A stretch of 64,000 nt of DNA from Chloroflexota bacterium (GTDB lineage Bacteria; Chloroflexota; Limnocylindria; Limnocylindrales; CSP1-4), in the NCBI GenBank assembly GCA_040389445.1, contig JAZJZX010000014.1, positions 130,744 through 194,743 on the forward strand, written 5' to 3'. The notes below the pieces were generated by a model. It was not told the DNA's origin, searched no databases, and saw nothing but the letters and a program-made list of their open reading frames with translations. The translations under genes and the position numbers were made by a program. Below are positions 18,114 to 27,347 of the stretch, piece by piece (position 1 is the stretch's first letter; every line of letters begins with the position of its first letter).

Positions 18114-19868
18114 CTACCGTCGTGGGCGATCCTCGAGGCGCGGCGCCAGGCTGATCAGATCGGCCGCCGTCTCGACCGGCCGGAAATGGAGGTCGCGCAG
18201 GAGCGCGAAGACGCCCGTCCGATCCTCGTGGCACAGCAGCACCACGATCCGGGCCGCGTCATGGCGCGATCCGTCCGCTGCTGCCGCCGCGCCGTTGAGC
18301 TCGGCCCTGAGTGCTGCAACTTCGGTCTCATAGATCGGGATGTCCCGGGTCCAGCCGCCCAGGTTCGCTCCCGCCCGCAACTCCCCGACCACCGCTTCAC
18401 GCGAACGGCCCCGCAGGTACCCGAGCGTCTCCTTGAAGGCCAGCCGCTGCGCACGCCGGGCGGCGATCCTGCCCATGCCGCGCAGCGTGTCATCGGGCCG
18501 ATCTCCCGCGGTCCCCACGATCACCGTGATCGGGGTCACGCGGCCGCCTGCTCCACCGGCGATCCCCTCGGCGACGTCGAGGACCGCCTCGAGCCCGGCT
18601 TCGTTGTGCGCGAAGTCCACGATCGCGACGCGTCCGCCGTTGCGAAAGATGTTCATGCGCCCCGGGGATTCCTCCGCGTTCGGGCGGAAATCGAGCAATC
18701 CGCGCCGAACCTCGTCGTGGCTCGCGCCGAGGGCCCGTGCCCCGGCGGCCGCCGCGAGCGCGTTGGCGATGTTGTGCCCGGCGAGGCCGCCCATCGTGAT
18801 CGGAACTTCGCGCACGCCGGCGATCGGCGTCCATCGATCGCCTTCGGCCTCGCCGAGCTCGCCGCGTCGCACCAGGTAGGCGCGGCCACCGGCTGCAAGG
18901 TGGCGGCGCATCGGGGTGGACACAGCACCGCGATGGGAGAACAGGGCCACCCTGGCGCGCACGGTGCGCGCGACCGCGCGCACGAACGGATCGTCGGCGC
19001 TGAGGATGACCCAGCCATCGGGTTTGGTGATCCGGCAGATGGTCGCCTTGACCTCCGCGAGCTCCGGCAGCGTATGAATCCCCTGCACGTCGAGGTGGTC
19101 CGAGCTGACATTCGTCAGGATGCTCGCGTCGTTCGATTCGTAGCCGAGGCCCTTGAGAACCAGGCCGCCGCGCGCGGTTTCGAGGACCGCGACGTCCACG
19201 TCGGAGCGGGCCAGGATCTGGTGCGCGCCGCCCGGCCCGGTCCAGTCGCCGGGATCGACCATGCGCTCATCGACCAGGACGCCATCCGACGTGGTCGTGC
19301 CGACACGGCGCCCGGCCAGCAGGAGGATCCGCGTGATCAGTCGGGTCGTCGTTGACTTGCCGTTGGTCCCGGAGATCGAGATGATCGGAATCCGGCGATC
19401 CGTGTCGCGGATCCATGACGGGGGTGACGCCGACGCTTGTCGAATACGATCCGTCCATTGGGCGAGGAGACGTTCCTGGGATCCCGTCAGGCGCGCCCGC
19501 CGGGCCGGCGTGGCCGCCCGATCCGTGAGTGACGCCGCAGCTTCCGCGACCAGCCGTGCCCGCTCGGCGCCCACCCACGGCCAGGTCAGGATCCAGTGGC
19601 CGGGATCGGACGAACGGTGGGCGCGGATGCCTCCGATGCCCTCGCCGCGGGCGGATCTGAGGCGTCGTGCCCAACCCGCCAGCGTGATCACGGGCTCCGG
19701 CCAGTCCCGTGCCGGGACGCCCGCGCCGAGGCGGACGAGGGCATGCCGTGCCGGAATCCGCTGACCGAACCAGGTTCGGCGCCGCCCGATCGCGACCTCG
19801 ACCTTGACCACCGGCTGAAGCCGGTAGACGCTGGGGCCCTCCAGGAGACGGATTTCGATCAGTCGCAC
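18114..19868 (-). CDS. Cyanophycin-synthetase-like protein: CphA N-domain fused directly to a Mur-ligase (M) domain, with no ATP-grasp domain
   Basis: The N-terminus (VRLIEIRLLEGPSVYRLQPVVKVEVAIG) parallels the CphA N domain. After ~160 aa comes a Mur-ligase domain with an intact P-loop (ISGTNGKSTTT). This domain is clearly homologous to the M domain of the adjacent cphA (…LETARGG…TNVSSDHLD…). The probable start is GTG at 19868; the ORF is open to 20018. Confidence 0.7.
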   Translation of the reverse strand: MRLIEIRLLEGPSVYRLQPVVKVEVAIGRRRTWFGQRIPARHALVRLGAGVPARDWPEPVITLAGWARRLRSARGEGIGGIRAHRSSDPGHWILTWPWVGAERARLVAEAAASLTDRAATPARRARLTGSQERLLAQWTDRIRQASASPPSWIRDTDRRIPIISISGTNGKSTTTRLITRILLLAGRRVGTTTSDGVLVDERMVDPGDWTGPGGAHQILARSDVDVAVLETARGGLVLKGLGYESNDASILTNVSSDHLDVQGIHTLPELAEVKATICRITKPDGWVILSADDPFVRAVARTVRARVALFSHRGAVSTPMRRHLAAGGRAYLVRRGELGEAEGDRWTPIAGVREVPITMGGLAGHNIANALAAAAGARALGASHDEVRRGLLDFRPNAEESPGRMNIFRNGGRVAIVDFAHNEAGLEAVLDVAEGIAGGAGGRVTPITVIVGTAGDRPDDTLRGMGRIAARRAQRLAFKETLGYLRGRSREAVVGELRAGANLGGWTRDIPIYETEVAALRAELNGAAAAADGSRHDAARIVVLLCHEDRTGVFALLRDLHFRPVETAADLISLAPRLEDRPRR

Positions 19869-19937
19869 AGTCCCGGCAGGATAGCAACGCGCCCCCGATC
19901 GAAGTCCGGTCGTCTCGTCACGCCCTACACTCCCGGC

Positions 19938-21254
19938 GTGACTACTTCCACCGCACCCGGGAGCGGCGTCAGCCCGGATGAACTCAGGGCTCTCGAAGCG
20001 ATCGTCACCGTCGGCCATCTTCGATTCCTCGCCGAGCTCGAGCGGCTCTGCAACATCGATTGCGGCAGCTACTCACCCGCAGGCGTCAACGAGGTCGCAG
20101 CGTGGGTCGAGGCTGCGTTCCGCGACCTTGGCGGCGAGGTGGAACGACGGCCGGACCCGTCCGGGCGCTACGGCGATACCGTCATCGGCACGTTCCGAGG
20201 CCGTGCCGGCGCCGGAAGCCGTGCCGGCACCGGGAACCCAGCCGTCGCCGGGAGCCGTGCCGGCACCGGAAGTCCAGCCGGCACCGGACCACGCGTCCTG
20301 CTGATCGGGCACATGGACACGGTCTTCGCCGACGGCACCGTCGCGGAACGTCCGTTCTCGATCGATGGCGACATCGCCCGCGGCGCGGGTGTGACCGACA
20401 TGAAGGGTGGGCTCCTGGCCGGAATCCATGCGCTGGCGGCTCTTCGTCAGCTGGGAGGCGGGGACTGGGCCGAGCTGCCGTTCGAACGGATCACCTACAT
20501 CGCCAATCCGGACGAGGAGATCGGCTCGCCGAGCTCCACGCCGCACATTCGTGATCTCGCCGCCCAGTCGGACCTCTGCCTCGTGCTGGAGTGCGCCCGC
20601 GCCAACGGCGATTTCGTGTCCTCCCGCAAGGGGATCGCGGATCTTCGACTGAGCGTGCACGGCCGCGCCGCCCACGCCGGTGTCGAGCCTGAGGTCGGGA
20701 GGAACGCGATCCTCGCCGGTGCCCGGATGGTCGAGCGGATCCAGGGGCTGAACGGTCGCTGGGCCGGCGTGACCGCCAACGTCGGTGTCTTCCAGTCCGG
20801 ATCCCGACCGAACATCGTGCCGGATCTGGCCAATCTCGAGGTGGACGTTCGAGGCGTCACGCGCGTGGAGCTCGACGAGGCCGTCGCCGCAATCCACGCG
20901 ATTGCCGCCGAACCGGGCGTGCCGGACGTAACCGTCGAGATCACCCAGATGGCCGGCTGGCAGCCGATGGAAAAACTCGAACGGTCCGGCCGGCTGGCCG
21001 ACCACGTGACGGCGATCGCGGGGCGGCTGGGCTTCCCGACCACCGATGTCGGGACCGGCGGCGCCTCCGATGCCAACACCACGTCCGGAATGGGCGTCCC
21101 GTCGATCGACGGCCTCGGTCCCGTCGGTGGTCGCGACCATTCACCGGACGAGTACCTCGAGATCAGCTCCATCGTCCCCCGGACGACGCTGCTCGCCGCG
21201 CTGCTCCTGGCGGCGGGACGGGACCCGGTCGTCGCGGGCTGGCGCGAACGCTGA
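19938..21254 (+). CDS. M20-family metallopeptidase (carboxypeptidase/dipeptidase-type)
   Basis: M20 signatures are present: LLIGHMDTVF, …DGDIARGAGVTDMKGG… and a dimerisation domain. The probable start is the in-frame GTG at 19938 (VTTSTAPGSGVSPDELRALEAIV…). This leaves a 69-bp divergent intergenic region with the cphA-like gene. Confidence 0.75.
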   Translation: MTTSTAPGSGVSPDELRALEAIVTVGHLRFLAELERLCNIDCGSYSPAGVNEVAAWVEAAFRDLGGEVERRPDPSGRYGDTVIGTFRGRAGAGSRAGTGNPAVAGSRAGTGSPAGTGPRVLLIGHMDTVFADGTVAERPFSIDGDIARGAGVTDMKGGLLAGIHALAALRQLGGGDWAELPFERITYIANPDEEIGSPSSTPHIRDLAAQSDLCLVLECARANGDFVSSRKGIADLRLSVHGRAAHAGVEPEVGRNAILAGARMVERIQGLNGRWAGVTANVGVFQSGSRPNIVPDLANLEVDVRGVTRVELDEAVAAIHAIAAEPGVPDVTVEITQMAGWQPMEKLERSGRLADHVTAIAGRLGFPTTDVGTGGASDANTTSGMGVPSIDGLGPVGGRDHSPDEYLEISSIVPRTTLLAALLLAAGRDPVVAGWRER

Positions 21255-21264
21255 GGCTGGGCTC

Positions 21265-21639
21265 GTGCCGCGCCGGCGGGTCAGCTCGGGCAGCCCCTGG
21301 GAGGGTCCCTACGGCTACAGCCGCGCTGTGGTCGTCGGGGACACCTGCTGGGTGGCCGGCACCACGGATCCCGGTTCGGCGCATCCCGATGATGCCGCCG
21401 CCCAGGCACGGGAAGCGCTCGGGATCATCGAACGGGCTCTGGCCGAAGTGGGGTTCAGCCTGGCCGACGTGGTCCGGACCCGGATGTACGTGACCGATCC
21501 CGCCCACGCCGCCTCGGTCGCGGAGGTGCACGGGCAGGTCTTCGGCGCCATCCGCCCCGCCGCGACCCTCGTGGTGGTCGCTGCGCTCATCGAACCCGGG
21601 CTGCTCGTGGAGATCGAGGTCGACGCCGTGCGTGGCTGA
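21265..21639 (+). CDS. ridA: RidA/YjgF family protein
   Basis: The C-terminal 124 aa (…SPWEGPYGYSRAVVVGDTCWVAGTTD…RMYVTDP…) match RidA-family size and motifs. GTG at 21265 starts 11 bp after the M20 stop. Confidence 0.6.
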   Translation: MPRRRVSSGSPWEGPYGYSRAVVVGDTCWVAGTTDPGSAHPDDAAAQAREALGIIERALAEVGFSLADVVRTRMYVTDPAHAASVAEVHGQVFGAIRPAATLVVVAALIEPGLLVEIEVDAVRG

Positions 21640-21667
21640 GCCCGCTCGCGACCCATGGCGCTCCGTC

Positions 21668-22000
21668 TCAGGCGATCCCCGCGGAGCGAGCGACGGCGGC
21701 AATGGCGGCGGCGCCCACGAGCCCGACCAGGAGGCCACGCCGGACCGCCACCAGGACGACGCAAGCTGCGACGGCCAGCCATTCGATCCCCACGTGGAGC
21801 GACGGATTTCGAACGGCATCGATCGAGACCATCACGTTCACGGCCGCCAGCGCCGCGAGAATGGCAGGACCCACCAGCCCCACGTACTCCTTGACGCGGA
21901 GTGGAAGGCGATGGATTCCCGGCGCGAGAAGCGGAGCGGCACGCCACGGATAGGTCACCGCCCCCATGAGCAGCGCGAGCCAGACAAGGTCCGTCTTCAC
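21668..22000 (-). CDS. azlD: Branched-chain amino acid transport protein AzlD
   Basis: 110-aa hydrophobic protein. Its start overlaps the azlC stop by 4 bp. Confidence 0.7.
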   Translation of the reverse strand: MKTDLVWLALLMGAVTYPWRAAPLLAPGIHRLPLRVKEYVGLVGPAILAALAAVNVMVSIDAVRNPSLHVGIEWLAVAACVVLVAVRRGLLVGLVGAAAIAAVARSAGIA

Positions 22001-22824
22001 GAACCTTCGGCTCCGGCTTGTGCGGACGGATCGTCGCTACCGGGAGGGAACAGGCCCTGCGACTCGAGCGCGCGGTCGCGCGGTCCGGGAGGCGTGACCA
22101 TCCCGATCAGGGGACCAATCAGCCCCCCGGCGAGGATTCCCGCGGCGGGATCGGAGGCCAGGCCGACGCCGACGGCGACGACGGCACCGCTCAGGCCCGC
22201 GACGAGCTCGCGACGCCCCGTGATCAGGCCGACTGCCAGGCCTGCCATCGCCGCCGGAAAGACGACATCGAGGCCGTAGCGGGACGGATCCGGGATCTGT
22301 CCGCCCACGATCACGCCCACCAGGGTGGCCAGGTTCCACGGAATGAACACGGTGGCGATGGCTGCCCACCAGTAGCCGCGCTCGTCGCCCCGTCCGATCC
22401 GTCGGAAATGCGCGATCGACAGCGCAAACGCCTCGTCCGTCAGGACGTGGGCCATCACCGCGCGAACGGGCCGTGGACGATCGGCCAGATAGGGGGCGAG
22501 CGCGGCGCCGTACAGGAAGTGACGCGCGTTCAGGAATGCGGTCAGCAGGACGACCCCGAGCCACGAGAAGCCGCCGAGCACATAGCCGATTGCTGCGAAC
22601 TGGGCTGCGCCCGCAAAGACGAGCACGGACATCGCGCTGGCTTCGATGGGGGAGAACCCGGCCGCGCGGGCCGCGAGTCCGTAGACGAGCCCGAAACCGA
22701 GCGCCGTGGCGATGATGCCGAGACCGTCCAGGCGCAGTTTCCGACGGGAGGTGGCGACCTCGGCGTCGGTCGCGGGCCGCGATCGGCCGGGCGGAGGCGT
22801 CAGCGCAGGTAGGTCTTCGCGCAT
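21997..22824 (-). CDS. azlC: AzlC family branched-chain amino acid permease
   Basis: Multi-helix membrane protein with AzlC-type motifs (…MSVLVFAGAAQFAAIG…). The true start may be downstream of 22824. Confidence 0.7.
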   Translation of the reverse strand: MREDLPALTPPPGRSRPATDAEVATSRRKLRLDGLGIIATALGFGLVYGLAARAAGFSPIEASAMSVLVFAGAAQFAAIGYVLGGFSWLGVVLLTAFLNARHFLYGAALAPYLADRPRPVRAVMAHVLTDEAFALSIAHFRRIGRGDERGYWWAAIATVFIPWNLATLVGVIVGGQIPDPSRYGLDVVFPAAMAGLAVGLITGRRELVAGLSGAVVAVGVGLASDPAAGILAGGLIGPLIGMVTPPGPRDRALESQGLFPPGSDDPSAQAGAEGS

Positions 22825-23072
22825 GTCCCGTCGCAGACGACGAAGACCGCGTGGAGATCACGGGCGTAGCCGGCCGCGTGCAGGAAGCCCGGGCACCCGG
22901 CAGTCGGGCATTTCCAGACCCACCAGCGGTCGTTTGGGTCGAGGGGTGTGGTCTCGGCCGCGAGCGTGGCGGCCAGGCCATCCCGTGATCCGACGAGGGC
23001 GTTGAGCACGGCCGTGCGGTCGGCGTCCGACTCGCTCGAGTAGGGGTAGCTCTGGCCGACGTTCGAGGTCAC
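22800..23072 (-). CDS. Small Cys-rich hypothetical protein (…WWVWKCPTAGCPGF…VCDGTCAKTYLR)
   Basis: The only non-overlapping coding-looking segment between ggt and azlC, with the GTG at 23072 as the first start after the ggt stop. It carries a CxxxC…CxxxC pair (possible zinc ribbon). Weak call. Confidence 0.25.
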   Translation of the reverse strand: MTSNVGQSYPYSSESDADRTAVLNALVGSRDGLAATLAAETTPLDPNDRWWVWKCPTAGCPGFLHAAGYARDLHAVFVVCDGTCAKTYLR

Positions 23073-23136
23073 CGGGTCCTCCGGAATGGGTCTGGACGAA
23101 GCGCCGAGTATCGCACAGGAAACGGCCGGCTCGGGG

Positions 23137-24810
23137 TCACCATGCGGCAGGGAGCCCGGCACTGCGAGGGTCGGTGGTCGCGGCCACGGAGCCCTCCGCG
23201 TCGGACGGACCCCCTCGCACCAGCTCGATCGCATGCTGGTGGCCCAGCCAGCCGTCGAAGGGCGCGGTTCGGACGACCGCGTGCCCCATGGCCTCGAGGG
23301 CTTCGAGGACGCCCGGAGCGAACCGCGGTTCGGCACGCACGGCATCGGGCGGTGCGAAATGCTCCGCCGATTCCACGAACCACCGCGGCGCCGCCACGGC
23401 CGACTGGATCCCGAGTCCTCCGTCAACCAGGGCCGTCACCAGCTGGGCATGGACCTGGGGCTGGGCATCGCCACCCATCGCACCGGCCACGACCCACGGT
23501 CGATCCGGGTCGCGGAACAGCATCCCCGGCAGGAGGGTATGCAACGTCCGCTTGCCCGGCGCAAGGACGTTCGCGTGGCCGGGGTCGAGGGAGAAGTAGC
23601 TGCCGCGATTCTGATAGTGGATCCCGGTGTCCGGGTCCACGACCCAGCTCCCGAAGCCCAGGTAGTTCGACTCGATCAGGCTGACCGCGTTGCCCGCGTC
23701 GTCGACCACGCCGAGGTAGGTCGTTCCGCCGCCGCGCCGATTCGTCGAGGGCGCCGGCCGCGTCGCGCGATCGCTCGGAATCCGCGCGGCGAGATCCGCC
23801 GCGTAGGCCTTGTCGAGCAGCCGCGCGACCGGGACGTCGTGCTGTTCGGGATCCGTCAGATGTCGGTCCCGATCCTCGATGGCCAGCTTCGAGGCCTCGA
23901 TGACCCGGTGGATCCAGCGATGGTCGGCCACGCCGGCCGCGGTGAAGGTGGCGGCATCGGCCGGGCCGCCGGCCTCGAGGATATTGAGGATCTCGAGGGC
24001 CACGATCCCCGAGGAATTCGGCGGATGCGTCGTGACCCGGACCCCGTGGTAGGTCGTCTCGATCGGTTCGGTCCACGTGGAGGCATGGCGTGCGAAGTCC
24101 GCGGCGGTATGCGAGCCACCAAGCGCTGCAAGGGCGACGGCCTGGCGCTCGCCCAGGTCGCCCTCGTAGAACGCGTCCAGGCCCTCATGGGCGAGACGCC
24201 CGAGGGTTCGGGCGAGGGCCGGCAGACGAACCCGTTCCCCGGGCTCCCAGGCCCGTCCGAAGGGGCGGTACACCTGTCGCAACCCGGACCCCGCCCCGAC
24301 CGCCTGGTCGGCCAGCAGAACCGTTCGCTCCACCGCGTCGATGAACCCCTGCCACGCCGGAAACCCGCCGGCTGCGAGTTCGATCGCCGGTGTCAGCAGC
24401 GCATCCATCGCCAGGCGACCGAACCGGGCGTGAGCATCGCGCCACGACCGGACCGCGCCGGGGATCGTGACCGACAGCGCCCCTCGGAGCGGGAGGCCAT
24501 CCAGGCCCCGGGCCCGCAGCGCCGCGGCGTCCACCCCGAACGGGGCGCGCCCGGACCCGTTGAGCGCCAGCTGTCGCCTCCCTGCCGCGTCCCAGATCAA
24601 CCAGAACGCATCACCGCCGATGCCGCAGCCATTCGGCATGACGACCGCGAGGACGGCATTCGTCGCGATCGCCGCGTCCACGGCATGGCCGCCCTGACGC
24701 AGGATCGCGAGCCCGGCGGCCGTCGCGAGGTGATGGGGCGCCACGACGGCGCCGCGTGCGCCGCGGGCCAGGGGCACCGGCACCAGCGGTGCAACGCCGG
24801 AGTCGGTCAC
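23137..24810 (-). CDS. ggt: Gamma-glutamyltransferase
   Basis: 557 aa. The GGT N-terminus is …HHLATAAGLAILRQGGHAVDAAIA… and the autoprocessing region is …RGGGTTYLGVVDDAGNAVS…. Confidence 0.85.
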   Translation of the reverse strand: MTDSGVAPLVPVPLARGARGAVVAPHHLATAAGLAILRQGGHAVDAAIATNAVLAVVMPNGCGIGGDAFWLIWDAAGRRQLALNGSGRAPFGVDAAALRARGLDGLPLRGALSVTIPGAVRSWRDAHARFGRLAMDALLTPAIELAAGGFPAWQGFIDAVERTVLLADQAVGAGSGLRQVYRPFGRAWEPGERVRLPALARTLGRLAHEGLDAFYEGDLGERQAVALAALGGSHTAADFARHASTWTEPIETTYHGVRVTTHPPNSSGIVALEILNILEAGGPADAATFTAAGVADHRWIHRVIEASKLAIEDRDRHLTDPEQHDVPVARLLDKAYAADLAARIPSDRATRPAPSTNRRGGGTTYLGVVDDAGNAVSLIESNYLGFGSWVVDPDTGIHYQNRGSYFSLDPGHANVLAPGKRTLHTLLPGMLFRDPDRPWVVAGAMGGDAQPQVHAQLVTALVDGGLGIQSAVAAPRWFVESAEHFAPPDAVRAEPRFAPGVLEALEAMGHAVVRTAPFDGWLGHQHAIELVRGGPSDAEGSVAATTDPRSAGLPAAW

Positions 24811-26189
24811 GAATCGTTACCCAGGACCACCGGCGCGCCGGGACCCAGGTAGTGCTCCATGGCACGGAGCCGGGACAACGGGATCAGCGCCACCGCCAGG
24901 AGGGCACCGGTCGCGAGCAGCAGGCCGTCCATGCCGAGACCGTCGGCCACCACGCCGCCGATGAGGCTGCCACCGATCTGGCCGAGTGCGAGAAAGACCG
25001 AGTACAGGCCCATGATCGCCCCCCGATCCTCGGGAAACCGCTCGCTCACGTCGGCCAGCAGTCCGACCGCAGCAGGAGTGGCACCTGCCAGCAGGAACAG
25101 TCCTGCCGCGAAGGCGAACGCGGCGATCGCGACGGCCCCGGCGACGATGACGGAACCCCCGGCCGCAAATCCCCCGTGATTGACGACGAGGCCGGCGGCG
25201 ACGAGCCCAAGTCCCCCGACCACGCCGAACCCGATGATCGTGGTCCGCCGGAACCGGTTGAAGCGATTGCCCCACCAGAGGATGCCGGCACCGAACACGA
25301 TCGCGATGCAGATCGCACCGAGCGTGATCTGGGTCGCCGAGAAGCCCTGCAGCAGCCACTGGTTCGGAAACGCGGGGTTTCGCTTCGAGAACTGGAAGAG
25401 GGACTGGCTGAACCACAGGCCGATCGCGGCATTCACCGCGATCCAGGTGGGGGCCAGCAGCAGGACGTGGGAATGCCCGATCAGGGCAAGGTAGCGCCCG
25501 AGCCCGCCGGCGTTCGTGGCTCTGGGAACCGGCACGGCATGGGCATCCGCCACACCGAACCGGTAGATCAGGAAGGAGCCGATATAGATCAGCGCATTGA
25601 GCAGGAAGGCATTGGCGCCGAGCGCCTCGAAGAGCAGCGGGGCGACGATGAACCCCGCACCGAGGCCGGCCAGCGTCGCCCCCTCGAATCGGGCGGATGC
25701 CTTGCCGCGAAGCGATTCGTCGCCGGCGGTGGCCAGCGCAATGAAGCCGAGGATCGCGGGGATCGACGCCGCGGACGACGCGCCTTCGAGGATGCGTGTC
25801 CCGCCCAGGATCCCGACATGCGTGGTCAGCGCGGTCAGGACGACGGCTACCGCACCGAAGGCGGGTCCGTACAACATCACGCGACGATGACCCACCCGAT
25901 CGGCGAGGATCCCGAAGACCGGTGACAGCACGAGTTCCGCGAGGTAGAACATCGCCGCCAGCGCGCCGACCACCTTGCCGTCGATGCCGCCCGTTCCCGC
26001 GGCGGCGAGGTCGGCGAGGTAGAACGCAAGCATCGCGCCGGTCAGTCCGGTACTGAAGCGAAGCGTGAAGGTCCCGAACAGGACCGCCCGCAGGGATCGT
26101 TCCATCCCGGAAGGGTAGCGGGTCGCACCTGGGGGAATCGATCTGGCCGTGGACATCAGGCCTTCGGCCACTCCGATTCTTGTATCCAT
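24807..26189 (-). CDS. MFS transporter
   Basis: About 12 transmembrane helices. The stop overlaps the ggt start by 4 bp. The start may instead be the internal M (MERSLRAV…) at 26105. Confidence 0.7.
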   Translation of the reverse strand: MDTRIGVAEGLMSTARSIPPGATRYPSGMERSLRAVLFGTFTLRFSTGLTGAMLAFYLADLAAAGTGGIDGKVVGALAAMFYLAELVLSPVFGILADRVGHRRVMLYGPAFGAVAVVLTALTTHVGILGGTRILEGASSAASIPAILGFIALATAGDESLRGKASARFEGATLAGLGAGFIVAPLLFEALGANAFLLNALIYIGSFLIYRFGVADAHAVPVPRATNAGGLGRYLALIGHSHVLLLAPTWIAVNAAIGLWFSQSLFQFSKRNPAFPNQWLLQGFSATQITLGAICIAIVFGAGILWWGNRFNRFRRTTIIGFGVVGGLGLVAAGLVVNHGGFAAGGSVIVAGAVAIAAFAFAAGLFLLAGATPAAVGLLADVSERFPEDRGAIMGLYSVFLALGQIGGSLIGGVVADGLGMDGLLLATGALLAVALIPLSRLRAMEHYLGPGAPVVLGNDS

Positions 26190-26265
26190 GACGCGGCACG
26201 GCCCGTATCATCCCGGCTACGCAGGGCTGCCGCAGAACAGCGGCAGCGACCCGGAGGGAGACGCA

Positions 26266-27120
26266 GTGAGTCACGTAGCCATCGTCACGGATTCCGCATC
26301 CGATCTCGATCCGGCGCGCGCCGCCTCGCTCGGCATCATCGTCGTCCCGCTCGTCGTGACCTTCGGAACCGAGACCTTCAAGGCCGGCGTCGAGCTTTCC
26401 ACGGCGGACTTCTGGGCCCGGATGACGGCGCCGGACGCACCCTTCCCCACCACCGCCGCATCGGCGCCCGGGGATTTCCTGGCCGCCTACCAGGCGGCGT
26501 TCGATGCCGGCGCCGATGCCATCGTGTCCATCCACGTCGCGGGCACGCTGTCGGGAACCATCAAGAGCGCCGAGATCGCCAAAGGGCTGCTGCCCGGCAA
26601 GGAGATCCACATCGTCGACACCATGGGCGCCTCGATGTGCGAGGCGCTGCTGTCCGAGATCGCTGTCCGGATGGCCGAGGCGGGCAACACTGCGGCAGAC
26701 ATCGCCCGGGCGTGCGAGGACCGACGGTCGGATGTCGCCATGATGGTTGCCCTCGACACGCTCGAATACCTGAAGCGGGGCGGCCGGATCAGCGGCGCCC
26801 AGGCGGCGATCGGTACGCTGCTGTCGCTGAAGCCGATCATCGAGGTCAAGGACGGCAAGGTCGAGACCGTCGACAAGGTGCGAACCCGCGGCAAGGCCCG
26901 GGAACGAGTGATCGAGCTGCTCATCACGCGCCCCATGGAACGACTTTCCGTCCTGCATACCACCAACGCCGATGTCGAGGCATTTCGAGACGAGCTCGTG
27001 GCGCGGGTGCCGGGCGGGATCGACCCATCGATGGTGACCGTCGACCTGGTGGGGCCGTCGGTCGGACCGCATCTCGGACCGGGGTGTGTCGGGGCGGTGG
27101 TCCTCTACCGCCGGGCGTGA
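26266..27120 (+). CDS. DegV family (fatty-acid-binding) protein
   Basis: The N-terminus is VSHVAIVTDSASDL and the protein shows a typical DegV fold. GTG at 26266 is preceded by GGAGGGAG. Confidence 0.75.
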   Translation: MSHVAIVTDSASDLDPARAASLGIIVVPLVVTFGTETFKAGVELSTADFWARMTAPDAPFPTTAASAPGDFLAAYQAAFDAGADAIVSIHVAGTLSGTIKSAEIAKGLLPGKEIHIVDTMGASMCEALLSEIAVRMAEAGNTAADIARACEDRRSDVAMMVALDTLEYLKRGGRISGAQAAIGTLLSLKPIIEVKDGKVETVDKVRTRGKARERVIELLITRPMERLSVLHTTNADVEAFRDELVARVPGGIDPSMVTVDLVGPSVGPHLGPGCVGAVVLYRRA

Positions 27121-27347
27121 CGCGCCGTCGCGGGCCATTCGGCCCGTGCTCCTGAAGGTTGCGGCACGGTTACGAACAGGATTCCGGCAGGTGCCGGCCG
27201 GACGCGTGCCCGGCTATACTCCGGTCGCATTCCGCGCGTGAGGCGTACCGCTGGTCGGGCGCGCGTCGCGCACCGTGGGGTCGTCCGGGAGACGGCTCAC
27301 CATTCGGTCCGGCGATGGTCGGCCCGAGCCGGAGGAACTCCGCACAC

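Noticed and set aside
17649-19355. 568-aa plus-strand ORF covering the tandem repeat, the mini-ORF and the cphA-like gene
   Set aside because: It is antisense to a gene with clear Mur-ligase homology. It begins inside cphA, and its translation (KADPLGRKADPLGRKADPLE…) merely reflects the 21-bp repeat in another frame.
19869-20018. 50-codon N-terminal extension of the cphA-like gene (MADGDDRFESPEF…)
   Set aside because: It has no homology to the CphA N domain, which begins at the GTG at 19868. The extension would also overlap the best start of the divergent M20 gene.
22706-23005. 99-aa Arg-rich plus-strand ORF between azlC and ggt
   Set aside because: Composition (RRRRRPRGDHGRSRPRAG…) is typical of a spurious ORF. 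The minus-strand small Cys-rich ORF is the more gene-like reading of this gap, though itself weak.
24817-27138. 773-aa minus-strand ORF spanning the MFS and degV genes
   Set aside because: It crosses two well-supported genes on different strands, and has no motifs and a composition typical of off-frame high-GC translation.
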